64,000 bases of DNA, taken from Rhodothermales bacterium. GTDB taxonomy: Bacteria; Bacteroidota; Rhodothermia; Rhodothermales; Bin80. The notes under the pieces were generated by a model that had not been told where the DNA came from, did no database searches, and saw only the letters and a list, made by a program, of their open reading frames with translations. The stretch lies in NCBI GenBank assembly GCA_965220365.1, contig OZ244823.1:7125-71124 (forward strand), written 5' to 3'. Shown one piece after another: positions 50,931 to 61,400 of the stretch. The translations under genes and the position numbers were made by a program. Numbering within the stretch: position 1 is the first letter of the stretch; the number at the start of each line of letters is the position of its first letter.

Positions 50931-52279
50931 CCCGGGTCGTCATCATCGGGGGTGGAATTACTGGGTTGAGTGCTGCCTGGGCACTACGTCAATCTCCCAA
51001 TCCTCCAGAAATCATGCTCCTGGAGCAGAGTGAACGGTTGGGAGGATGCATCCATACCGAACAATTTAACGGCTTCCTGATGGAGCACGGGCCGGATGTA
51101 TTTCTGGCTCGCAAGCCTGAAGCGATACAACTCTGCGGCGCTCTGGGACTCTCTCTTCAAAAGACAAACAAGGATCAGCGGGGCACATACCTGCGACGAG
51201 GACACAGATTGTATCCGGTGCCGGAGGGGATGAGTGGGCTGGTGCCGGGACGGATTTGGCCACTGCTCAGCTCTCCACTGATCAGCCTTCGGGGAAAACT
51301 GCGCGTACTTGCAGAATTTTTGGTCCCATCTCGAACGGATGGGACAGATGAATCGATTCAAGACTTCTTCATCAGGCGGTTTGGCCGGGAAGCTTTCTCT
51401 GGCCTGATTGAGCCTCTCCTAGGAGGGCTTGCCGGAGGACGTGCCGACGAGCTCAGTATGAAGGCACTCCTGCCACATATGATGAACCTTGAATCAAAGT
51501 ATGGCAGTGTCCTCCTTGGAGTTGGCCAAATGCCCGTTCAGGAGCCTACTTCTCCACTCCTAAGTCTTCCAGATGGACTATCCTCTTTGATCACCGCCCT
51601 GACCATGGTCAACAAAAACAGTATCCGCTCTGGTCATAAGGCTACGGCCATCACAAAAATAGGTACGCACTGGAAGGTCAGCATCACCGGGCGTGCTCCC
51701 CTGTCGGCTACCGACATCGTTCTAGCCGTACCTGCCTGGAGTGCAGCGAAAATCACTCATTTAACGATTCCAGAACTAGCCAGACTCCTTCATCAAATCT
51801 CATATCGTGCAGGTACGATGGTTCATCTGGCTTACAACCAGACAGATGCCCCCGGGCCGCTCAACGGACATGGTCATCTGGTCGCCTCCGATCAAGTCAC
51901 TTCCGTGGCCGCGTGCACCTGGAGCGCTATCAAGCTCTCAGGACGTGCCCCCGCTGATCATTTGCTGTTCAGACTCTATTTACGTGGCACAAAGATGACC
52001 GACAAAATTATACTTACACAGGCACGCACAGAGATGGAACAGGCACTGGGAATTACAGCAGATCCCCTATTCACCAGTATTCACCGCTTCCCTGCTGCGT
52101 TACCTCAATATACACTTGGGCATGTCGGGCGAATCGCGAAAATCCGTGAGATTACGAACTCTCATTCAGGCCTCTATCTCGCGGGAAATTACCTGGACGG
52201 GGTGGGCATCCCTGATTGTATTCGCAACGGAATCCGCGCGGCAAATCAGATTCTCAGCCGGCATGAGGCGGCGATCTGA
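50927..52279 (+). CDS. hemY: HemY-type FAD oxidase (protoporphyrinogen/coproporphyrinogen III oxidase)
   Basis: 450 aa. VVIIGGGITGLSAAW FAD fold and a C-terminal GLYLAGNYLDGVGIPDCI block. ATGA overlap with hemH. Confidence 0.85.
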   Translation: MTRVVIIGGGITGLSAAWALRQSPNPPEIMLLEQSERLGGCIHTEQFNGFLMEHGPDVFLARKPEAIQLCGALGLSLQKTNKDQRGTYLRRGHRLYPVPEGMSGLVPGRIWPLLSSPLISLRGKLRVLAEFLVPSRTDGTDESIQDFFIRRFGREAFSGLIEPLLGGLAGGRADELSMKALLPHMMNLESKYGSVLLGVGQMPVQEPTSPLLSLPDGLSSLITALTMVNKNSIRSGHKATAITKIGTHWKVSITGRAPLSATDIVLAVPAWSAAKITHLTIPELARLLHQISYRAGTMVHLAYNQTDAPGPLNGHGHLVASDQVTSVAACTWSAIKLSGRAPADHLLFRLYLRGTKMTDKIILTQARTEMEQALGITADPLFTSIHRFPAALPQYTLGHVGRIAKIREITNSHSGLYLAGNYLDGVGIPDCIRNGIRAANQILSRHEAAI

Positions 52280-52972
52280 ACAAAATCATCCTGCAACGAG
52301 TCTCTCTCCCTAAATCCTGCGCCGCACAAAACGCCTCACTTGGACCCACACCATATCGTAGTGCTCTCACACCCAACACTACCGCACGGCAATAACCAAA
52401 AATATTCTGTCCTGCCCCTGAATGAAAATGGACGGTATTTCAAGAAAAATCATCCACAGGATGGAACCCGAGTCTCAGGACGCTGTTCATGCCCGCCAAA
52501 CACGTGTGCTATTCCGAATTGCGAGGCGGTATCCCAATCTGAACCAAAAACAAATGAGTGAGACTAAGAATACTGACCAATCAAACAAGATCTTTTGGTT
52601 ACTTGTGAGTGCAAATGTGTGGCTTGTCGTGCTCGTTGCGCTAATGTGCTATTTGTTATGGGGATGGTAACCGCCATCTTGCCTTGACCCATAACATTAC
52701 AGTTGCTTGTGTTCGTACAGGCACTAAATTTGGTCCAGATCTTTTACATCGGTGCTACATCACAAGATATCCCTGCCATGCCGTTGCAGGGGAGCAGCTT
52801 AAACTGAATAACCCGCATTGACCCAAGGTGATATTCAGTGATACCTAAGAACTCCAAAGAAGAGTTCCCGGCACTTCACTGCGCTTGCAGAGCCAACACT
52901 TCCCTCGCATGTACAAACACTTGGTTGCATGAATCGCTGCCGGGTCATAATAGCCGCCAGATATACTCTTTG

Positions 52973-54232
52973 CTACCAGTCCTGCGATAAAGCGTCCTTG
53001 ACATGTGTCGGCAACTTGTAACTGATCCCTATGATGTCATCATAGGAGGAAATTCCCAACAATTCCGTGAAATTCTTTCTCTTGATAAATTGCGCATCCT
53101 TGAGCATGCTCTCAAGCACTATTTGGGCCCGAAACAGAAGGAGGGCGAGGAAGCCGTTATATTTGGGAAACTGTAAATCCTTTGCCGTCTTTCGTCCGAG
53201 AAGAACTCGTGAAAGTGCATATCCTAATTTCATCTGGTCTTGTGCTTCTTCTGCGGTCTGAACATCGGTTACCCGTGGTACGGCACGGACCAGTTCATTG
53301 GCTACAAGCACTGAATCTCGGTCTGTAGGTGGCTCACATAGCACGCCAATCTTAAAGATCCGATTGGCATCCTTTCGATTCTCGTACAGCATATCATCGG
53401 GGATACCGAATAAGTATCCCACGTAACGAAAGACATCCATGACGCTTTCTCTCTCTTCCCTGTTGAACCTCACACCAAGCAGTTTGCAAAAATGCAGCAG
53501 GCGGTCTGAAAAGACCGAAATGGCGAAACCTAGATGGGCTGCACTCAAGGGGATGCCCCAAGCTTGTTTATCCCATTCATCGGAGTGATTGAGCAGGTAG
53601 CGGACCTTGGCATGGACGAAGCGGATGCGCATGGTCATTTTCCATCCGTCATTTGGCCGCAACATGCCACCAGGATAAAAAATCTCAAGTATGTGCCGGG
53701 CATTATAACCTAGGCGACGCTTGGTATTCTTTGACCCAACTCTCCCCGTGATCCGAAAAGACTTGGCTATCATGGTTGTAAATCCTTCTACAAGGGCGCC
53801 TGCAACAAAAGCAGCAAGTACCAGACTGGCATTTTTGTAGACTGCGCGACCTGCGGGCCGAAAAGATTCGCAATCCAGCCAGGGCGGATTGGTGTTGTCC
53901 AGCTTGTGAAAGAATTCTCGTAAACAGTCTGGGGCTCCTGTCAGGAAATCTTCTTTTTGCTCAATACCAGCTCGCATGAACCGGCTGAAAACATCAGGGG
54001 GCAGAAGTGATGAGCACTCTTCAACTACCGGATCCAATTCGGGATCGCCAATAGTTGTATGACGAACATAAAGGTCTGCCAGAACCCGGTCCTTCCGTCG
54101 TGCCCTTTCATAGCCCAATTGATAACTGGTCGGAACGATAATGGAAGATGGCTCTCTTATTTGTACCTGTGCATCACTAGAAGTCCGTGGATAAAGTCTC
54201 TCAATAGATTGAGCAACGCTTTTCTGGTTCAT
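52973..54232 (-). CDS. MpaB/Lcp-type (DUF2236) oxygenase family protein
   Basis: 419 aa. Pattern R..Y.G......R.RFVHA.VR....... plus the AHLGFA region, as I remember for DUF2236 (ER-bound oxygenase MpaB / rubber oxygenase catalytic domain). Moderate certainty without an HMM. Confidence 0.6.
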   Translation of the reverse strand: MNQKSVAQSIERLYPRTSSDAQVQIREPSSIIVPTSYQLGYERARRKDRVLADLYVRHTTIGDPELDPVVEECSSLLPPDVFSRFMRAGIEQKEDFLTGAPDCLREFFHKLDNTNPPWLDCESFRPAGRAVYKNASLVLAAFVAGALVEGFTTMIAKSFRITGRVGSKNTKRRLGYNARHILEIFYPGGMLRPNDGWKMTMRIRFVHAKVRYLLNHSDEWDKQAWGIPLSAAHLGFAISVFSDRLLHFCKLLGVRFNREERESVMDVFRYVGYLFGIPDDMLYENRKDANRIFKIGVLCEPPTDRDSVLVANELVRAVPRVTDVQTAEEAQDQMKLGYALSRVLLGRKTAKDLQFPKYNGFLALLLFRAQIVLESMLKDAQFIKRKNFTELLGISSYDDIIGISYKLPTHVKDALSQDW

Positions 54233-54618
54233 TTTTGACTATTCAGAGGGTGAATCAGGATGAAAAATCCAAGAATTAGCCATTCATAATAGTTGTTTTG
54301 CATATCTCCAATCAACTACAGGCCCCTGTTTCTCTGGACATACTTTATCCGCGGACTGCTAGGTCGCGAGCTAACAAAAACCAGCAGCCACCCAATCTAA
54401 CCCCTGACTGTCTGGATCGCAAGATCTTCAATAACACGCCCCTTACTGAAAATTATTATTTTTGTTCTATAGCTTGAATATAACACCTACAAGACGTATA
54501 TCCTTGTTTGGACAGCCTTGAGTAGTCGCAATGCGCACTGATTCATGCCAACCCCAAACAGTTTGTCTCTTTCAAATTCTCGTAATAGCCAAGTTTTGCA
54601 CAGGGGGATGTCCCAAAG

Positions 54619-55876
54619 TTAGTTGGGTTTGGGGGGCGAACGTAAGCTTCTACTGATCGTCTGTTTTTTAGTTTTCTGGTGTCGTTTCAGTGCTCGGATC
54701 AAGATTTCCCATTGCCAGTCTTTCGGGATTGGGTTCAGGGATCGTTGTTCGATTTCCAGACATGCGGCAGCAATCCATCGTTGGCGTTGATCCGAGTTCG
54801 TCCATCGTGTGACTCGCCGTGTGGTGTGCGCCAATCTGCTGTTGATGCTCTCAATGATATTGGTGGTCTGGAGTCGATCCCGCAGTTGCCTGGGGATGCA
54901 CAGCTTGTGGAGGGTCAGCGTTTCTTCCATGCCCTCGTTTCAGCTGGTGGCGGCGGCCGGACATGAGTCCTGCAGATCGGTCTCGAGTTTTGTCAAACGC
55001 TCTTTTGCTTCGGCATACGTGGATGTGGCCTACGCAGCTTCCATTTGATGTTTGACCTTCTCAGCATGGTCTCGATCGGTGATCTTGGAGACGACATTTT
55101 CCCGCTTGTGCCACTGGCACCGTTGGATCAGTGCCTGATCTCCAAACACCTCACGAACGCCTTTGTGCAAGCCCTTGGCACCATCAAGCAGCACCAACAA
55201 GGAGGCCGCCGACTGAAAGTTCCAGCAGATCCTGCAGTAACGCCATCACACAGGCATGGGATTCGGTTTTGGCTTCCGTGAACCCGAGAATCACTTTCCT
55301 TCCCTCTACGGTCAATCCCACGGCCAACAGGATCTGGTCCTCTTGTAAGGTTTTGCCGTCAAGCAGCAGGGTCGCAAACGCCATCTCATCAAAGCGCCGG
55401 TTCAGGAAGGTCTCCAGTGCCTGGGTCGTTTCCCGGATCAACACGCGCCCGGTGCTTGAGCCGCTGAGTCCAAAACTCTCCGCCAAGATGCGCGGCCACC
55501 TGACCATACTTGCGCTGAGACAGACCCAACAGCACACTGCGTGTCAATTGCTGTGCATGACCGGATTCGGCCTGATGCAGACATTGGTAGGTCTTCAGCG
55601 GGACTTCCTGCTGGTGTTGCGGACCCGGGGAACCTGAATCGGCACCTTCGCCCCGTTCCAGCGAATGGAGCCCGGGTTCGTCCCCCAACGCTGACACTTC
55701 GTCTGAGTATGGGTCCAGCGAACCCCGCAATGTTCGGAAACTTTGGCCTCAAACAAGTGCGGAACCAGCTCCAAAAACCAGTCCGGATGGCGAAGCAGCC
55801 GGGCAACGTCCACAGCATTCCGGGGTAGAGTCGTGTCAAGATCGGTGGAAACCGTCGTCCGAAGTTGGGTTGACAT
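54619..55876 (-). pseudogene. IS256-family (Transposase_mut) transposase, decayed: at least 3 frameshifts and 2 in-frame stops
   Basis: Pieces in four frames. MSTQL...GVRWTHTQTKCQRWGTNPGSIRWNGAKVPIQVPRVRN; QEVPLKTYQ...LLGLSQRKYGQV; AESFGLSGSST...ATLLLDGKTL (D1) ...EGRKVILGF; LLVLLDGAKGL (D2) ...IQRCQWHKRENV...AA*ATSTYAEAKERL...S*NEGMEETLTLHKL...QTTNIIESIN (E). Confidence 0.8.
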
Positions 55877-56802
55877 AAGATTACGCGTCTGGGGAAGGTT
55901 GTGTAAGGGTACGGTGCAATTGTGGAAGATACGAGGCGTGTCGCACACAGGTGCATTCGGCTCTGGTGCACCGGGCCCTGCGGCAGACTCCGGCCTGCAC
56001 GCACGAAGACGGCCTTCAAAGAATTCAACACGCGCAGGCCCCGATCACTGCGCAACAGCAGGCCGCTGTGCTGGAGCGTGAGCGTGGACGAAAGCGCACG
56101 CCCAAGCACGCGCCCCGAAGAACGGTTCACCTGCGTCAATTCCTCGGTGATCTGCTGCAAACTTGTATGGGCTTCAACGACATCGCAGCATTGCCATGCC
56201 TGTTGGAGGCGGTGACGAAATTGAAGGGCCTGATCGGGATCCAATCCGCTCAGTGCTTCGGCCATGACCGTATTCAGACAACGCTGCACCCACACCCGGG
56301 GACCCCACACCTGCGAGACCGCAGACCGCAGCGCCACGTTCCCTGGAAGCGTGAACAGAAGGCCTGGCCCCAGTCCACGGGTACGCAGATCATCCAGCAC
56401 CGCTTCCATGCAGGATTGATCTTCAGGACCGCATTCGGTCACCGTCACGATCCGCCGATGTCCCTGCAGGTTCACGCCCATCCCAATCAGGACCTGAAGA
56501 CCCAGGACATACGAGGGCGCAAGCCACAAATGCACCAGCGACTCGGTATGCCAATCTCGGCGCTCCAGCATCGAAACCGCCGCTTCCCAGCAGGAAGAAG
56601 GATCCGGCGGAGGCTCAGAAAGCTCCGGGGCCGGATCCGGTGCGACAGCAGCCGAGACAGCAGGCGGAGACACTGCCGAGGGAATCCGTTCCGTTAACAT
56701 GCGCAGAACATCTGCATAATGCCGAACCAGTTCCAGATGTACCTCCTGGGCAGACTCTGAAAAAGGCGGCGAAAAAGAATGTGGAGGTTGTATGTTGCTC
56801 AT
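55438..56802 (-). CDS. Transposase_mut-related ORF apparently lacking all three DDE residues and the N-terminal DNA-binding region. Homology ends near 55890, but the GC-rich frame stays open to 55438.
   Basis: ATG 56802 (MSNIQ...) lies 64 bp inside the right IR. It aligns by eye to IS256 transposases: LWLAPSY in place of the D1 block, GVNLQGHRRIVTV, LRTRGL, LFTLPGNVAL in place of the DG..GL block, VQRC, and VLNSLKAVF in place of the NxIExxN block. No frameshift over about 305 codons. Confidence 0.5.
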   Translation of the reverse strand: MSNIQPPHSFSPPFSESAQEVHLELVRHYADVLRMLTERIPSAVSPPAVSAAVAPDPAPELSEPPPDPSSCWEAAVSMLERRDWHTESLVHLWLAPSYVLGLQVLIGMGVNLQGHRRIVTVTECGPEDQSCMEAVLDDLRTRGLGPGLLFTLPGNVALRSAVSQVWGPRVWVQRCLNTVMAEALSGLDPDQALQFRHRLQQAWQCCDVVEAHTSLQQITEELTQVNRSSGRVLGRALSSTLTLQHSGLLLRSDRGLRVLNSLKAVFVRAGRSLPQGPVHQSRMHLCATRLVSSTIAPYPYTTFPRRVILCQPNFGRRFPPILTRLYPGMLWTLPGCFAIRTGFWSWFRTCLRPKFPNIAGFAGPILRRSVSVGGRTRAPFAGTGRRCRFRFPGSATPAGSPAEDLPMSASGRIRSCTAIDTQCAVGSVSAQVWSGGRASWRRVLDSAAQAPGAC

Positions 56803-57055
56803 TAAGTAGGTCCGTTTGAGGGGGATAGGATGTACCCCCAACCCCAACTAACTTTGACACATCCCCTTGCACAGATACATGTACCACTGAAACATAGAAC
56901 AAGGGCACAGTAGCGGGGGCGCACACTCAATCTGGTTGCCGCCCCCTTTCAGCTGCCAGTCTTCGGCCTGTGACAGAGTCCGTATCCAGGAATTTTACTA
57001 TCTTCGAAGTGCGGGCGACGATCTAGGTTTTCTGGATGCCCAGCACATTTTGTCA

Positions 57056-57069
57056 TGTCATAAATGACA
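57056..57069. promoter_or_regulatory. Palindrome TGTCA-TAAA-TGACA upstream of the RND operon (candidate operator)
   Basis: Perfect 5-4-5 inverted repeat preceded by a third tgtca copy (57051-57055), about 150 bp upstream of the adaptor gene start. No regulator gene is present next to it. Confidence 0.2.
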
Positions 57070-57216
57070 CCAACGGAATCTCTTCTTGGTTTGGCCGATG
57101 CTCGCCTGGTGATGCATAGGTCCCCTGGCGGGACTTGGGTTCGTGCAGTATCGGAATTTGATCCAGGAGCACCGTAGGTTTTCGCCGATGCCACCGTCCG
57201 AGCCTATACAGCAGTC

Positions 57217-58389
57217 ATGAAACGGGGAAAGCTCGTATTTATTGTGGGTGCTATCGTTATTACAGGCACCGTATTCTTAGCCATTGCATTATCGCAACTG
57301 CGCTCCGGTACCTCAGAACCAATGTCGGAGCGTATCCTTCCTTTTGTCACGACCGTCGCACCTACCGTACATGAAGGGCGTGTCACAATACGCGGCAATG
57401 GAACGGTTCGACCACTGCGGGAAGTCACACTTATCGCTGAGGTTGCGGGGAAGATCACCTGGGTAGCGGACGAATTTGTCACTGGTGGTGCCTTCCGTCA
57501 GGGTCAGGAGATTCTCAGGATAGATTCCACCGATTATGCCAACGCGGTCACCGTCGCGCAGGCCGAGGTAACACAGCGGCAATTCGATTTGCTGAGAGCC
57601 GAAGAGGAGATGGAGATTTCAAAGGAGGAATGGGAACTTCTGAAAAGTCGAACGGGTATACAGAGACAGGTCGACAGCACTGAACTTGGCAGTCTTGTCT
57701 TCAAAGAACCGCATTGGAAGGCTGCAGTCGCGCAACTTCAAGGGGCTCAGGCACGGTTGCAGGATGCTGAGACGCGTCTGAAGCGGACACGTATTACCGC
57801 CCCGTATAATGGTCGTCTGCGGACCAAGGGAGCAGATTTGGGGCAATTTGTTGGAGCGGGGCATGTGATCGCCCTCTTCTATGAGACGGATGTCGTTGAG
57901 ATCAGCATCCCGATCGCGGGCCGCGATATAACGCTTCTTGGTGACCTGCTGGCTGGTAGAACCGGGGCTACTCAGGCCAAACTTGTTGCCCGTAATGCCG
58001 ACGGGGAGCATGAATGGATTGGGAGCATTCACCGCACGGAAGGGACCCTGGATGAGTCTACACGCACGCTCAATGTGATCGTCCGAGTACAGAAACCCTA
58101 TGAAAGTAGTGATGTGCGCCCGCCCCTTCTAGTGGGAACATTCGTTACTGCATACTTGGAAGGCCGGTACTTTAATCAATACTACACGCTGCCACGCGAA
58201 ACCCTTAGAGGAGGTGATGATGTCTGGATTGTCCGTGAGAACCGCCTGTATGTGCAACCCATAGAGATCATTCAGGAAGTGGAGGATACCCTCTATGTTC
58301 TAAACGGAATCACAGACGAGGACCAGGTAGTCACCAATATGCTGAATGCCATAACCGATGGCATGCGTGTACGGACCGAAATGGATTAG
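57217..58389 (+). CDS. RND efflux periplasmic adaptor (membrane fusion protein)
   Basis: 390 aa. N-terminal anchor, coiled-coil hairpin (AEVTQRQFDL...AQARLQDAETRLKRT), and the lipoyl-like motif ITAPYNGRL. Confidence 0.85.
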   Translation: MKRGKLVFIVGAIVITGTVFLAIALSQLRSGTSEPMSERILPFVTTVAPTVHEGRVTIRGNGTVRPLREVTLIAEVAGKITWVADEFVTGGAFRQGQEILRIDSTDYANAVTVAQAEVTQRQFDLLRAEEEMEISKEEWELLKSRTGIQRQVDSTELGSLVFKEPHWKAAVAQLQGAQARLQDAETRLKRTRITAPYNGRLRTKGADLGQFVGAGHVIALFYETDVVEISIPIAGRDITLLGDLLAGRTGATQAKLVARNADGEHEWIGSIHRTEGTLDESTRTLNVIVRVQKPYESSDVRPPLLVGTFVTAYLEGRYFNQYYTLPRETLRGGDDVWIVRENRLYVQPIEIIQEVEDTLYVLNGITDEDQVVTNMLNAITDGMRVRTEMD

Positions 58390-58415
58390 TCAGAAGCAGC
58401 AAGTAGCTTGCCGAC

Positions 58416-61400
58416 ATGAAGAAAGCTATTGCCTATATGGCACGCAACAGCGTCGCAGCGAATCTGCTGATGTTGCTGATTCTTTTCCTCGGACTCCTCA
58501 ATGTGTCAAGAATTCCGCAGGAGGTCTTTCAGGAAGCCAGCCTTGACGCTGTCGAAATCCGCGCAGACTACCGTGGAGCCTCCCCCGAAGAGGTAGAAGA
58601 TGGAGTCGTCCGACGCATTGAAGAGGCGATTGATGGCATAGATGACATTGATCGAATCTCATCTGTTGCTTCAGAAAATGTGGGCGTCGTGACGGTAAAC
58701 CTGGAACTGGGCGCTGATGTTGATAAGGCTCTCAACGACATCAAGAGTAATGTGGATCGCATCAATACATTTCCCGCTGAAGCGGAGCGGCCAATAGTGC
58801 GAGAGCTGACCAACCGTAGGAATGTTCTGCAGATTGCCATTTACGGGGATGCTGACGAGCATACACTCAAGGCCTTGGCAGAGCAGGTCAAGGATGAACT
58901 GACGGCACTTGACGAAATTTCCTTCGTGCGTTTGATAGGCGTGCGGGACTATGAAATATCAATTGAAGTCTCGAAAGATGCATTGGCCGCCTATGGGCTG
59001 CGTCTTTCTGATGTAGCAACTGCCGTGCGCCGCGGAAGCCTGGAACTGCCTGGTGGCAGCCTGGAGACGCGCAGTGAAGAAATCCTGGTTCGTTCCAAGG
59101 GCCAGAATTATACGGCCAGAGATTTTGAGGAAATTATCGTTCTGGCAACTCCAGCAGGTGCCACTGTCCGTCTCGCAGATCTCGCCACCGTTACGGATGG
59201 ATTTCAAGACGACGACATTATTGCACGATTTGGGGGGCAACCAGCGGTTCTCGTGGCGATTTCCCGCACGGGTGATGAGCGTGTCCTTGATATTGCTGAA
59301 GCCACCGAAGAGTACCTAGCGGGCTTCCGTACGAGTGTGCCGGAAGGGATTTCAGTGGATACATGGCGCAATGAGCACGCCTACCTCAAAAGCCGCCTCA
59401 ACCTTCTGATTAAAAATGGAATCGTTGGGTTCATACTTGTCATGCTGGCTCTGGTCTTGTCTATGAACCTTCACTTGGCATTATGGACATCCCTAGGGCT
59501 CCTGGTGTCTTTTATCGGCTCGTTTACGGTAATGGCATTACTGGGAGTTTCCATAGACATGACCTCTTTGTTTGCTTTTATTGTTGCCATTGGAATTGTG
59601 GTTGATGATGCCATCGTAATCGGGGAAAACATTTTCAGGGAGCAAGAGCGCGGCGTACCGCCCTTGCGCGCCGCAGTTGAAGGGGCCACGCGGCTCTGTG
59701 CACCTGTGACCTTTGCGGTGTTTACGACAATCGCAGCGTTTTCGCCAATGCTGTTTGTGCCGGGTTCAATGGGCAAGTTAATGCAATCTATCCCGACGGT
59801 TGCTATTACCGTTCTGGTGTTTTCCCTGATTGAATCGCTCTTTATCCTGCCTGCACATCTCTCGCACATGAAGAAGAATGCAGACCCTGGCAGGATCATG
59901 CAGCGCCTAGAACAGATACAGTCTGCTACAACGCAAGCCTTGGAACGCTTCATTCATGGTCCGCTAGATCGAATACTGCGGCTCACCACACAGCGTTATG
60001 CCCTTGTGCTGATCGGTTCGGTGGCTCTGATCTGTCTGTCACTCGCATTCGTGCGTGGTGGACTGATTCAATTCATTTTTATCCCCGAAATCGAAGGCGA
60101 AGTCGTAACAGCACGCATTGAGATGCCGTTGGGTACTCCGGCTCAACGAACGCAACAGGTTGCCGAATTACTGGAAGCGAAGGGGCATGAAACTGCCGCC
60201 GAATTACAAGCCAGCCTTCCAGAAGACCACCCGCCTCTGGTGACGAATACGATGACTTTAGTCGGTGACCAACCCTCCCTCGGGTTGAATCCGATGGCGG
60301 CTGATCAACACACGATTATCCAATCCCATCTGGGTGAGGTCAGCTTTGAATTGGTCAATGCCGAAATACGAAAGCTCCCTGCACTTGAATTTGAAGAGGC
60401 CTGGCGTGAAAAGGTTGGCGAAGTTCCCGGTGTAAACTCTCTCGTTTTCCAGGCTGCACTACTCTCCCTTGGAAGCAGCATTCGGGCAGAACTGAGTGCA
60501 CCCACCGTACAGGAACTGGAACAAGCAACAACGCGCTTTCGGGATGAGCTGACAAATATTGTAGGGACCTCCAATATCGATGATGATCAAGACAGGGGGA
60601 AACGCGAAGTTCAGTTGGAATTGCTTCCAGAATCACGCCCCCTCGGACTGACTTTTGAAGACATGGCCCTGCAGGTACGCAATGCCTTCTTTGGTGCCGA
60701 AGCCCTACGTATTCAGAGAGGCCGGGACGATGTCAGGGTGATGGTTCGCCTGCCGGAGGATGAACGCAATACCCCGGCCGACCTGCAGCGGCTCCGTATT
60801 CGAACACCTGCCGGAGCCGAGATCCCCCTCAGCGAAGTCGCTGAAGCACGCTTTGATACCGGCCCATCCACCATTCATCGACGTGACCGACGCCGTGTTG
60901 TGACCGTTACCGCAGATGTGAATGAAGAGCAAAATACACTGGATGCGGTCGTTGATCGTCTGGAATCAGAAATCGTGCCGGCTATTCAGACGGATATTCC
61001 AGGTTTCCGCGTAAGCTTCGAAGGAGAGCAGAGGCAACAAGCCGATGCTGTGAACTCGCTGACAAGAGGTTTCGTCATCGCATTGTTTGTGATGTACGCA
61101 CTTTTGGCCATTCCTTTTCGTTCATATGTCCAGCCGTTCATCATTCTCGCTGTGATTCCGTTTGGATTTATTGGTGCTCTGATTGGGCATATCGTCATGG
61201 GACTGAACCTAAGCATGCTCAGCCTGTTCGGGATCGTGGCACTAAGTGGAATTGTAATTAATGACTCGTTGGTACTGATTCATTTCACCAATGAAAGGAG
61301 GCGGGAGGGGGTACCTATGGAAGAAGCCATCTGGGAAGGTGGAAAGGCACGCTTTCGCCCAATCCTGCTCACATCTGTTACCACATTCCTCGGCGTTCTC

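Larger units (their letters stand above)
54604..56866 (-). mobile_element. IS256-like element, 2263 bp, carrying two transposase-related reading frames
   Basis: About 33-bp imperfect terminal inverted repeats: ggggatgtcccaaagttagttgggtttgggggg at 54604, and its counterpart ggggatgtgtcaaagttagttggggttgggggt read inward from 56866. 8-bp direct repeat ttgcacag at 54596-54603 and 56867-56874, the size expected for IS256-family target duplications. Confidence 0.85.

Noticed and set aside
52422-52670. 82-aa plus-strand ORF (or its 38-aa inner version MSETKNTDQSNKIFWLLVSANVWLVVLVALMCYLLWGW) downstream of hemY.
   Set aside because: The single C-terminal TM helix makes a small membrane protein conceivable. 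However, there is no motif, no conservation evidence and no coupling to hemY, so support is too weak to annotate.
56949-57194. 81-aa minus-strand ORF between the IS256-like element and the RND operon. I considered it as a remnant of a TetR-type regulator.
   Set aside because: No HTH or TetR signature. The composition is Arg/Pro/Gly-rich and lacks a plausible start context. Kept only as part of the intergenic region.
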